The notes beneath the pieces were generated by a model. That model did not search any database. It was not told the origin of the DNA and saw only the letters and a list, made by a program, of their open reading frames with translations. The position numbers were made by a program, and so were the translations under genes. 64,000 bases of DNA from Amphiscolops sp. MND2022 (Eukaryota): NCBI GenBank assembly GCA_964187785.1, contig OZ076409.1, forward strand, positions 58,840,001 to 58,904,000, read 5' to 3'. Numbering within the stretch: position 1 is the first letter of the stretch; every line of letters begins with the position of its first letter. This document shows positions 22,833 to 33,922 of the stretch, piece by piece.

Positions 22833-25800
22833 CTCTGGATCTTCTAACCCACGAAAATGTTCAAAACAGTTCAAGGAGTGCATGACGAATGTCAAAATTT
22901 GAAGTTTTTGCAATTTTGCAGTCATTTTGAGGCACGTTTCAAACGATACTTTTCAAATTTGTCTTTCAAAAGCGGTTTGGATAGCTCAGCGTTTGTTGGT
23001 TGAACAAGACACATATATATTCTAATCCTCGGAAACCAAAAATTGTATAGAAATGACATAAACATGCTTCAAAAAATCAGGTTCTTAGAACTTTCCCGCT
23101 TTTTGGGGTCACTCAATTCTTTACAAAACTGCAGTTATGTTATGGAATTACCCCAGATAGCGAGAAAAAACTGGACATGTCCAATCATCTTGTTTTTGTA
23201 GCGATTGCCTTCTCTGGCAAAAGATCTTTCATAATTTGGGCCAGACTTGGATAATTGCAAAGTGAAGGAAAAAAACGGTTTGAGCTAGTACTTTCCCCAT
23301 ATGGATAATAGCTACTTAATATTCCATTCCACTGATTGTACAGAATTCATATTTTAAATACAACTGCAACCTGTGACAGCCCCAGCTGAGCTGTGAATTC
23401 TGCTATAACAAAAACCCAGTCTACAGAGAATAAACTGGGAAATAGAGAAAAGAAGAAACAACTACTAAAATAACTGATGCACAACTGTTTTAATCTTCAT
23501 GCCAGCAAACAATCTAAAACAACGGAGCTAAAATTATGTAATAATCAAAAGGGATTTTATATCAATATTCATATAATTACATAAAAGTATCTACATACAT
23601 ACCAACAGTGTACGAAACAATGTTAAGCTATTGTGCAATTTTTAGTATTAATACAGTGCTATATAATTAATAAAAATTGAATCAGAACGCCTAGCAAGCG
23701 GTCGAGATATTTAATAGTGGAACTGCGGCCTGGCAGCCGCCTCAAATTCAAGAAGCGAGATGTCGGCTTGGCAAGCGGCCTGAGATTGAAATGCGCTACA
23801 CGGCGTTATTCAATGAAAGAAATGCTATTGTTGAGTACATGTAAATGTGTTAATGCCTTTAATAATAGATGGAATGATGCTACACATGTAATTGTTTGAA
23901 CAACCAAATATTTGGGCCGCTTTTTTGAATTGTCATATACCGCGGCCCAGGAGGCGGCGTGAAATGGAAATTTATTAAAATTCATTGCAGAAATGGAAAA
24001 CGCTAGTTTTATCAATACTTTCTATTTACTGAATGAATCTGGAGCTCATTACTCGCGATTATGAACGATATTTGTTGATTGAATGTATTGTATAATACCA
24101 TTTTCATGTAAATTACGACGGTTATTTGTCAAATGAGCATGGTCCACGGCCTGGGCCTAAGTTTTGCTTCCAAATGGCTCAGTGCATAATAATGTCATCT
24201 AAAACCTTTTCCCCGGACCAATTGCCATTTGATTGTGCTAAATTTCAACCTGAGCAGTATTTCTAACGTGATTTTTTCTCATACCGTTGTGACAGTGGTC
24301 TCTTTCCGTGTGAAATTCTATTCAATTTCGCAAACGTCCCGGACTGCAGCCTGGGACCGGGATTTTTCATTTTTTCACTCAATCAGCGCTGTAGATGCTT
24401 TAGAAGTGAAATTGCAAGCTAATTTGCCGTTTTTGTTGATACAATCGTTAATTTGCGCAGTAGATTTAATGTTGCTAAATTAGTTCGAGAAACATTTTGT
24501 AAACCTTGAGTGTCATTTTCCAATTTGCATTTTTTTCTTTCAGCTGTAAATTGATGAATCATCCTGAATTTTCACTGCCAAGTTCAGCTTGGGCGTCATG
24601 AAAAGGCGGGAATTGGGAGTGAAGGGAAGCGGAGTCGCAACCCAGACAGGAAGTGGACGCGTGCTTTCCTCGGAAAGCATGAACAAACTGAGGGTCTGAG
24701 TTCGACAAAGCTGAACCGAGCTTCCGGTTTCCCTGCCTTGGAAGGTTGCCGGGCTGAACGAGGCGTGAAAGGTGCACGTATTTTCCCCCGCTTTTGCGAG
24801 CGGAAAAGTATAAACAACATGAGAATTGGAATTGAATTTCAGTTATTAATTACGTTGTTGTAAAACTTTCGCCATTCGTTCTGATAATAAAACTTTGAAA
24901 GCTTCATTTTCTAATTCGCAGAATCTTTAAGCCGATTTTCTCTAACTATTTTGAAATTCCAAACTCAAAATGCCCGAAAGGACATCTAAAAGAAAAGCGA
25001 GAAGGGACTCTCCCACAAGTTCAATAGGCGAACCTGAAGCCGCAAGCATGAGAGAGATTTTTCCCAAATGTCAGAGAAAATTGAGAAATCCATTGTAAGA
25101 GAATAAAAGATACGGAAACAGGACAAAAGGTGGTTCTCAAAAAGGTCGAGAACCTATCTTCCAAAATAGACTCTCTGTCTGGTAAAACGCTTGGAAATAC
25201 ATTTTCTGAAACAAACGAGGTCAATACCGAAAATATAGCATCCGCATCTAGACCGATTGAGATAAACGAGTTGTCGCAAGACGAGGGTCAACACACAACC
25301 AGTGCAAATCAATTGTCTTGAAACTTTTAACAAGATCTTGCATTCTTCTACAAACAAAGTCTCGTTACGTCTTGAAGTCTTGGATATAATCCTAAATTCT
25401 CTTGGAATTCCTTGCCAAAATTCATTTCCCTCAGAATAAATGCGAACGTACTATAGTTGAAACAGCTGACACTGTAACGAAAAGTTAGAAACAATCACAG
25501 CAAAGATAGTTTGAACTTCTAGAGGAGTTATCTTACGACTGTTTTGAGACTCACAATGGCGAAAGTGGTGAAATTTTACTATGTGTGTAGTGAAGATCAT
25601 ACTATATAAATATCCCAAACAGTTCAAAAAATGCATCTTGAAACCGATCATGATAGACATCAATTCTTGTGAAAAAACCCACTTTTTTCAAAGTCGAACA
25701 GCTTGATCTTCTAACTACGTTTCACTCTGAAACATGATGATGAATCTGTTGAGATAATATTCGATTCAGAAATTTGAAATGACTAACTTTCAAAAAATAT

Positions 25801-27758
25801 TCGAACCAAGTCAAAAAGCTGGGATCGATATTATGCCTGTCTGCATCACAAAACTAACCTGCGTGCCGTTGCAATACGTTTCATGTACAGAAATTTTGTA
25901 CCTTTTCAAGGCCAAATTCAACCGAAGTGAGATGGAATTTATCAATCGGGAGTTCGATTTAAACCAGCGTGAAAATTCAGAACCATTTAGTCAAACTAAA
26001 AACGATCTAATGAAAGGCGCGTGAAATTGTTCTGAGTGAAATTGAACTAAACAAACTCGAATTGATTTGAACCAACACAGACAATGCGTTTCTAACCCAA
26101 CACTCAAAAAATTTCAATGACATACATTAAAAGGTTCGACAATTTAATGCGATAATCTTTTACTCCGAAATACTCTCCGTTTCTAAACATGGCCGAAATG
26201 TGATTAGTTGTTGGAAATAAACTATCAAAAATTCTATCACATCCCGAAAAGATGAGTTCATTTTCCCTACAGGAGAGATATTTAATGATAGAGCACTGCC
26301 TGCAGCAGTTTAGATTTGACACTATTAACGACATCATTTCTTCTACTGCATGTGACGTAACTATCTAAAAATGCTAATCCTAGTATAACCACACGACAAC
26401 GTACCTTCTCCAGCTTGTATTGGCCGAGAAGAAATTGACGGATAAACGTCTTGATTAAATCCAGTTTACTTTATCTAATTCCAATTGAGTTTCTGCACTT
26501 GTTTAAATCAAAATTACTTCTGTTTAATTCCATTTTACAGCTGTTTAATTCCACCTACTTGATTAAATTCAAAGTAACTTTGACTAATTCCATCTTACTT
26601 TTGACAAATTGAGGCTTGAAATGGTACTATTTGCTCTCTAGTCCTAATTCCGGAATGCTTTTCCATATTTGTCAGTAAAGTACGTTTGTTTCATGAGTGC
26701 TTTGGACACGCTTTATACGCCAACGAATACAAGATAATTTTTTCCTATGGATCTTTACTTGATTTAGCTTCGAAAACGGAAAGTCGTTCGACAAATTCAA
26801 TGATTCAAATTCATTGAACGATACTTTTTTCATCTTGAATGAATCCAACATTTGCTCGTCAAATGTTCAACCGTTGACTTGATCGCTATTTTCAATCAAG
26901 AACCAAATTAACATCTTTCTCTTTTTCTTGAGACTACAGTTTTAGTTTGTCTTGAAAAAAGATTGCTCTAACGCCATAAATGATGCATTTATGATACCGT
27001 CATTTTATATCAAAGTAACATGAAACTAATTAGCTGTGATGTGTCGCTTGACGAACTGATAAACGTGGATTTTTTAAATATCATTTTCGGAATGTTCAAT
27101 CTCAATTACTAGTTTATACGTGAAAGCCTGTCAGCAGTTTTGAAAAGAAATTGAGCATTATTGTATTGAATTAGAGGTGAAATGGTTGTAATAAATCGTT
27201 ACCGTTGTTTAGCTCAGAGTGTTCAAACTAGCAAAATAGAATACATTGGGAAATGTTTAATGACAGAACAACTAATGACGTAATGTTTAATGCGAGAAAA
27301 ACCAATGTATTTAAATAGCCAATTTTTACATGTGCGAGATAGTTCCGAACAACAGTCATGTAAGTCTCGAAAAAAGAGCAAGTAGGAAACAATTTCTGGA
27401 AGAGTTCAATGTTTTACTTTAACCCTAATTAACCTAGTGGTACTTTAAAGCAGCCTACCGTTTTTTTTTCAATTTTTGTTTCCTTTTGCCAGCAGCCCAT
27501 ATTCTCTACCACATTTTTGTTTCAACCGTTCATTGGTACTTAGATTAATTTGAAAGCTACAAGCATTAGAAAAAGTGAATATGTCTCCAAGTCTGGGAAA
27601 TGTTTTCTTTTGCACAAAAAATGGTTTAACTTTTCCAAAATTCAGTTTTTGGGGAAATCCAGTTTTCTCAAAAGTCTTTGACCAATAGAAAAAAGCAACC
27701 CCTTACCCTTTCACGACAAGGCCTTGTGCAACAAACCCCAATATTATCCTGTTGTTAC

Positions 27759-28308
27759 CCCTAGTCGAACCTGCCGGAAAGTTTACCATGTTTCATCCGT
27801 GCATCCATTCTAAATTTGTGATAAACATCGAAAATACTGAAAGCACTCATGGAGAAATTTTGTAGGATTACAATGCAGCTTCCACTAACTCAAAAAAAAC
27901 TGATAACAATTCCACTTCTTCACCGCCGCGATCACTTTGTTTTCACCGCGTAAGTTTCTCAAGTAAGTACATTATGTAATCACTGTTAGTCAAATAGCAC
28001 GCTGAATATGACGCTACTTTGAAACTTATAAAGTGACTGAAGTTTAATTGCATTGAAATCGCGGTAAAACTGACGAAGGTCTCAGCTGCTTTTGAACCTA
28101 GAACGGCGCCTTTAATGAAAACTGTAATATTTCGCGGCTCTGAATTGGCGCCAAATTTAGGATGCATCTTTTAGGCAGCATGATAAAATTCAATTGAATC
28201 AGTGAAATATAATGCATGGAAGTCTCCTTGAGAATTTTAAAGAATCATGAAAAATTAGCTTGGTAACCTACAAAAACTTGTAAAAAGTTCAAGCAGTTTC
28301 AATTAGGG
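27759..28308 (-). mobile_element. CCC...GGG MITE with 2-bp TSD (AC)
   Basis: AC|CCCTAGTCGAA ... TTCAATTAGGG|AC. Confidence 0.75.
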
Positions 28309-28653
28309 ACTACGAGCCCCCGCGTAGCGTGCCGCACGAAGTGTGGAACTGTCGCGAAGCGGCGGTACCTGAAAAAGAAACTAATATTCTGGAGAAGGGG
28401 GTGCACGGCGACAGGGGCTCACATAAGCAAAATGAAAGCCCAATACGAGACCTTTCAAACGCGCTATAGTTCGTTTCTCTGGTACGCGTAGTTGTGGAGA
28501 TATTAAATTTCTGAATTTTTTTTCAAAATGTTTTTGAAAATTTTCAAAAACGCCCAGGTCAATTAGGGTTATATTGTACTAGCTCAAAAGTTTGTTTTTT
28601 TTCTCAAACTTTGCAAGAAGATAAAGCCAGAGTTTATTAATCAGCCACAACTA

Positions 28654-29331
28654 CAGTACTGTGATTAAGAAAACGTCCCCCGGGGCAATTTTAGGTTCGA
28701 TTTTCTCGATATCTGTTGAGAATTTTGAAAAACATCAGAAATAAAAGTTTCTTAGAATTTCATCTAGTTTGTATTAGTGTTTTTAATTTTTCTGGGACAA
28801 AAATTGAGAAAGTTACTAATAGCTGATTTTGAGCAAATTTGGGACTTTTTCCCGTTTTTCCAAATTTTGACCGTTTTATCCACATTTTTTTTCGCCAATT
28901 TTATGCTCAAATAACTCCCACAAATCTACTGATATTGTGGATATTTTTCGATTTTAAAAATTATCAACCGTTTTCCAAATATCATGCTTGAAAGGTAAAA
29001 TTTCGTCGTTTACATGTATTAAGATAGGAAATGAACGTTTCGCCGCAAAAAACTGCGATTATTGTTTCATTCAGAACGTTTGTGAAACAAAAAATATATC
29101 ATTGATATCATTGAAGTCTATACAATCTGCAGAGTTCGATGAATTTAAAATTTTCAAAAAAGTATTTCGAAAACCTGCCCAAAACTTGGAAAATTGCAGA
29201 AGTGTTCTTTCTGCGCCTGAGATTTCACTTGATCCGCCAATCAGAATTGAAAGTGAGAGCAAATAAGCAATTCTAATTGGTTGATAACGACGCTCAGCGC
29301 ATAGGGGGATGATTTCTTAATCACAGGACTG
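28654..29331. mobile_element. Tc1/mariner-type MITE
   Basis: TA|CAGTACTGTGATTAAGAAA ... TTTCTTAATCACAGGACTG|TG: 19-bp TIR with one mismatch. Confidence 0.7.
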
Positions 29332-29647
29332 TGTATCTCAGCATTCACTAATACAGCAGATGAATATTAGTAGTGCAAAGCAGAACGCTTGTTTCCATTT
29401 GATTCGGCATTGCGATGCTGATTTGTTGTCTAACTCACCGAAATGAAAACTAAAGGAATTTCCAGTACCGATAAAAACTGTCCTAAATCTGTGGAACTTC
29501 AAGGCTTTTGAACTTCCGTTGGGACCTTCCTATAAAAACTGCAAATTTGATCTGTTGGAGGTTGATCGTACCACAAACGCGGTGCCTCCTTCGAATTTTA
29601 TTCTTTAGAAAAAACAAAAGGTTTTTGTTATTTGATTTTTTTTGCAG

Positions 29648-29854
29648 GCAAAATCATTCTGTACTCGATCCATCAGCCTTCCTCGGAAGTGGTCCAGATG
29701 TTCGACCAGATATGTCTTCTGTCTGAAGGAAAGTGTGTCTTCTTCGGCAAAGCAGATTCAGCAGTCAACTTCTTCAGTAATTTAGGTCACAAGTGTCCTC
29801 AGTACTCAAACCCCGTGGACTTCTTCCTAACTGTGATCAACACAGATTTCGAAG
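29648..29854 (+). CDS. ABCG half-transporter exon: end of NBD with H-loop (GKIILYSIHQPSSEVVQMFDQICLLSEG...CPQYSNPVDFFL)
   Basis: Typical ABCG SIHQP and CP.+.NP.DF motifs; TTTGCAG| acceptor; GAAG|GTGCTT donor. Confidence 0.92.
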
Positions 29855-30236
29855 GTGCTTTTGATCAATGTTTTAAATAATCCATGAATATGTGGTAAAA
29901 GCAGTTTTCGGAATATGACCGAATTATAACAAACTCACTTTTCACGGATAAATTCCGCCCTAAATTACTTTTATCGAAAACATTATTAATTAAGGCTCGA
30001 GCATAGCTAATAAACTTGAGTTAACAAGTTTTCGACAATTGTACAAAACTTGGATGAAAGGCAAAAAATTCAATGAAGACCACCATTTTGATACGGTATG
30101 ATAAGAACCTCGTTTTCTCGCTGTAGATTTTTGGGGAAAATAATGAAATACATGGGCCGAAAACCGTAGCAAAATTCTGCTTTTTACCTCATGAATTTTT
30201 TCCAGACAAATCGAAATTCTAACTTTGTTTCTCCAG

Positions 30237-30417
30237 GTCATGGTGACGTAGAAGCCATAGTGAACAAATTCTCGGAAGGTCAAGAACTGAAAAGTATTAA
30301 AAGTTCAGTTGATGGTTGCAAAAAATCTGCCAACAAAGATGAAAAAGTGCCAAAGAAGTACCAGGCTAATTGGATCGTCCAGTTTCTTTATCTCACCAAA
30401 CGAAACATGATCAACAG
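30237..30417 (+). CDS. ABCG exon: linker and start of TMD (KYQANWIVQFLYLTKRNMIN)
   Basis: CTCCAG| acceptor is in phase with the previous exon; ABCG 'W..QF..L..R' motif; donor is non-canonical CAG|GGGCGT. Confidence 0.85.
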
Positions 30418-30786
30418 GGGCGTTCAAAATGGTTTCAAAATAGTTCGATTGTAAAACCAAATGAAAATTAGTGGTTGAAATATATCGATTTTTCTAAAAT
30501 TTTATGGTGCAACATGATGGGGAAAATGATGGAATATGAAATTTTGAATTTTTTATTCCGGATTTATTAGACCAAACGGATCGTTCAGTCCTACCTGGTG
30601 AGCTGTTCAGGAAATGGACATTGTTTGCTAAATTCCGACAATTCCAAAGCAAAAACTAGACGATACTTTGTGAAAAAGTTTTTACCATCATTGATGACAG
30701 CTTTGAACTTTTGTATGGTAAGTGATGACAACGAAAAGTTTTTGTTAGAAATTACTGAATGTTTTTCTTGAACTCCCCCATTACAG

Positions 30787-30890
30787 TGCCATAAACCCTG
30801 GCATCTACTGGGTGAGGATTGTCATGTATTTCATGTTGTGCATCATGATGGGAACAATGTATCTGCGCACGAATGATGACATCACTCCAG
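30787..30890 (+). CDS. ABCG exon: TM1 (AINPGIYWVRIVMYFMLCIMMGTMYLRTNDDITP)
   Basis: TTACAG| acceptor; hydrophobic helix; donor is non-canonical CAG|GGATGA. Confidence 0.88.
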
Positions 30891-31129
30891 GGATGATAAA
30901 AATCAAACTTCTTCACGAGATTTTCCGGAGCCCGTTTCATAAGGATTCCACGCAGTTACATGCATGGAATCATATGTTCAACACATTCCCATTTTATTTC
31001 CTACATGCAACCATGGCATCAATGTTTTAAATGCGTTTCCGCACACGGAACCCTGTGGTTCCATACAACGTCAAAAAAACAACGGAATGGAAAAATCAAC
31101 AAACTCTCCCGGGAACGATTGGTGGCCGG

Positions 31130-31521
31130 ATAGTTTACAAGGTTGATTCAGTCTTAACAAGTGAAAAGGCTTGTTCAGAACACTGCGTAAGTGCGTAAGT
31201 GGGGTTGGTCTTAAGCTTCGGATCCTTGAGAAGCACCCGAACGAAAGGTCAGCCCTTAACAATGAATACTTGTAGGGGGCGGTTGTATAAATGGTCCACT
31301 TTTGGTATCATCAAATACGATTAGAATGACTAATGTAAACGCCCTGTTTAGAGCTCAAAAAGCCCAAAATCTTTCAAATTTGCTAAGGCGAAGTGGACCT
31401 TTTGGTCTGGCTTAGATTTAAGAACATGAAAACCCTTTCTTTTATCCCAGTGCAGGATTCGAACCCCACTACCTTCTGCTTGCGAAGCACGTATCTTATT
31501 CCCAACGCCACGTGTCAGGAC
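31130..31521 (-). mobile_element. tRNA-derived SINE in an ABCG intron
   Basis: Minus-strand head has an A-box-like TGGCGTTGGG, an anticodon-arm-like TGCTTCGCAAGCA and a perfect B-box GGTTCGAATCC (31455-31465), then ~300 bp of non-tRNA body. The 3' boundary is approximate. Confidence 0.6.
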
Positions 31522-31689
31522 TTTGCCTCGAAAGTCTGTAAAAAGTAAATTCAGTGTACGCTCTGTGGTCTGGAGAAAAAAACTAGTCAAGGTAATATTC
31601 GAGAGAGCATTTGCTTCAAATAAGCCAACTAACAATTCCTTTTGAAATGTAACAGAATACATTTTACCATCCCTGTGCATCCCCTGCAG

Positions 31690-31846
31690 ATATGCTGGTG
31701 CCACTGTTATTCTACTGCCAGGCATTTCTGGTGTTCATGGCCGTGGCCGTTCTCCCTTTCTTCATGATGCAGGAACCGGTCTTTATTAGGGAGAGGTCCA
31801 ATGGACTCATAGACGTCTTTCCATTCGTCGTCTCCAACTTTATCAG
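31690..31846 (+). CDS. ABCG exon: TM2 and coupling helix (MLVPLLFYCQAFLVFMAVAVLPFF...VFIRERSNG...VSNFI)
   Basis: CTGCAG| acceptor; ABC2_membrane 'F.RER..G' motif; donor is non-canonical CAG|GAATGA. Confidence 0.9.
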
Positions 31847-32221
31847 GAATGAGAGAAACATTATCAGGGAAATTAGAGAAGCCAGTTGGCACATACTGTT
31901 TTTTTGAAAAAAGTTTGTTTTTCTATTACAAAACCGTATTTTTTCAGATACTGTTTGGTTGTATAAATTCAATATACTGAACGTAAAATAGGTGCTCTCA
32001 ACATTTTGGTTGACAAGATTTGCAGGTTTTACAATGTAGTAGCTAAAAATAGTCAAACACATGGATAATGGAATTGTGGAAAATTACGGAAATATTACTG
32101 TTTTTTGGAAAATTTTAAATTCAAAAGTTAAAGCGATCTAAAAGCAGCATGTCTCAAAAGTACCAAACATTTTATCCAAAGGGTTTCTCCAAATCAATCT
32201 CTCATCCTTCGGTATCTCCAG

Positions 32222-32547
32222 CGCACTACCTGGAATTTTTTTGATCGCCATTATGTCGACAACGTTGGTAGTTTTCATGGCGGATCTCAATAACTTTTGG
32301 GGGTTTTTCATCAATCTATTTCTATCCCTGGTCTGTGCCGAATCCCTCATGCACGTTCTAAGCGCCTCCACCCCTCATTACATTGTCGCAATCGCGCTGG
32401 GAGCCGGGTTTTTCGGCATGTTCATGTTAGCCGAGGGTTTCATGGTTCCAAAGGAAACTATTCCCGCATGGTGGATCTGGGCGTATTACTTAGCATTCCA
32501 CACTTACTCATTCGAAAGCTTCATGTACAACCAGTTCAAAGACGAAG
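32222..32547 (+). CDS. ABCG exon: TM3-TM5 (ALPGIFLIA...GFMVPKETIPAWWIWAYYLAFHTYSFESFMYNQF)
   Basis: CTCCAG| acceptor; ABCG 'GF....IP.WW.W.YY....Y.FE...N.F' motif; GAAG|GTATGA donor. Confidence 0.92.
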
Positions 32548-33770
32548 GTATGAGTCCTGGGTGAAAAAATGCAACCTGGATCTTGTAAGATAAAAGTTTG
32601 CATAAAAAGCCTTGAAGAGGTTTCATTTTTTTGTGGGATTTTTGTATGGCAATCATTTACTTGGTAAACCATTACTTTTGGCGCAATTCTTGAAAGAATA
32701 TGCTACAAAGTAATGCAATCGTTGCAAGATCTTTCAAGCGAAAGTGCGAAAGTTTATCTGTAAAGATACTGCAAAGAATGTATTATACAGAAGCATCTTG
32801 CAAAAGTCTTTTAAGGTTTCCCAATAAACTTATTACCTTGAAATATCTTGACTAATTGTCGTATGATCTTTGCAAGGATGGCATTTTTTCTCAACCTGGG
32901 CTAAAATGATGACCATTTATGTTCGGTATTTGTTTAGTATAGAGGTTCAATCGTTAAAAACGTTAAGGAGACTTCGTTGGTACTTAAAGTACCATGGATG
33001 TAACAGCAAAAAATCATTAAAAGCTTTCACTTCTTTTGTTGCATTGATGAAGCGTGATCAAAAAGTTTTGAGGAAACTTGCACAGACGATAGACGGGGAA
33101 AGTTTTAATAAGTGTCTGTGAAAAAAATGAATCAATTGCTATGCCAAATAAAAACAGAACCAGTCAAATTCGATTTTTCAATAATTTGCGTGAATAATGG
33201 CGTCTTCCGATACGACTATGGTTTGTTCCAGGTTTTGAAATTGGTCATTTTGGGGAAAAATTAAGAATCTGTTGGAAATATCAAAACAGCTCTAGAGACA
33301 GTATTGGTAACTTAGTATTGGTAACAACCATATCAATTTCTTTCATTCTTTATCAACTAGGATGGCGTTGAAATAAGAAACATAGTGCCACTTCAGCATG
33401 CCAATTCAAGCCCTGAAAAGACAGATTGAAAAATAGTGAGTTGTCATTTTAAGTGAATTATTATAACCTCGGTAGTTCAAAATGTGGTATCGGGTGTCTA
33501 GAATCAATGAATAAATAGGAACTATAATATAACCGAAGGGTAAGTAACGCAATTACTTTCATTTTCTATGACAGCTCGTAAAAGTTCAAAGCACACTGCC
33601 AAGAGCTACGACCAACCACATTGAAGTGACTAATCATCCTGCTCTAAAATCCTGCTGCACTAATACCACTCGTTTTTCAAGTTATTACCAAATAAACTAA
33701 ACTAGACGCAAGTTATATCTAATGAATAACTTGACAAATGGTCATCATTTATTGCAATAAATTCATGAAG

Positions 33771-33922
33771 ACGTGCAAGGAACCGCTATCATGCAGAGAT
33801 ATGACATAGACATGGATTCAGACAAATTTACCCGCGACATGGGAATACTTTGTGGGTACGCTTTCCTGCTACAAGTCGTTTTCTTTTTCATCGTGTACTT
33901 TCTTCATACCGGTCGTCACTGA
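33771..33922 (+). CDS. ABCG terminal exon: TM6 and stop (VQGTAIMQRYDIDMD...DMGILCGYAFLLQVVFFFIVYFLHTGRH*)
   Basis: Hydrophobic final helix ending in TGA at 33920-33922. The phase-1 AAG| acceptor at 33770 is the best in-frame choice, but the exact start is less certain. Confidence 0.82.

Noticed and set aside
24970..25321. Frameshifted coiled-coil-like reading frame (MPERTSKRK...KVENLSSKIDSL)
   Set aside because: Probably a retroelement ORF1/gag relic, but there is no diagnostic motif or LTR to support a call.
31445..31521. Functional tRNA gene
   Set aside because: The B-box is perfect but the acceptor and D stems pair poorly, and it continues into a long body; treated as a SINE head.
30418..31907. 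Canonical GT alternatives for the three odd ABCG donors (e.g. GGC|GTTCAA, TGG|GTGAGG, A|GTTGGC)
   Set aside because: They are in the wrong phase for the available acceptors or would delete conserved transmembrane sequence.
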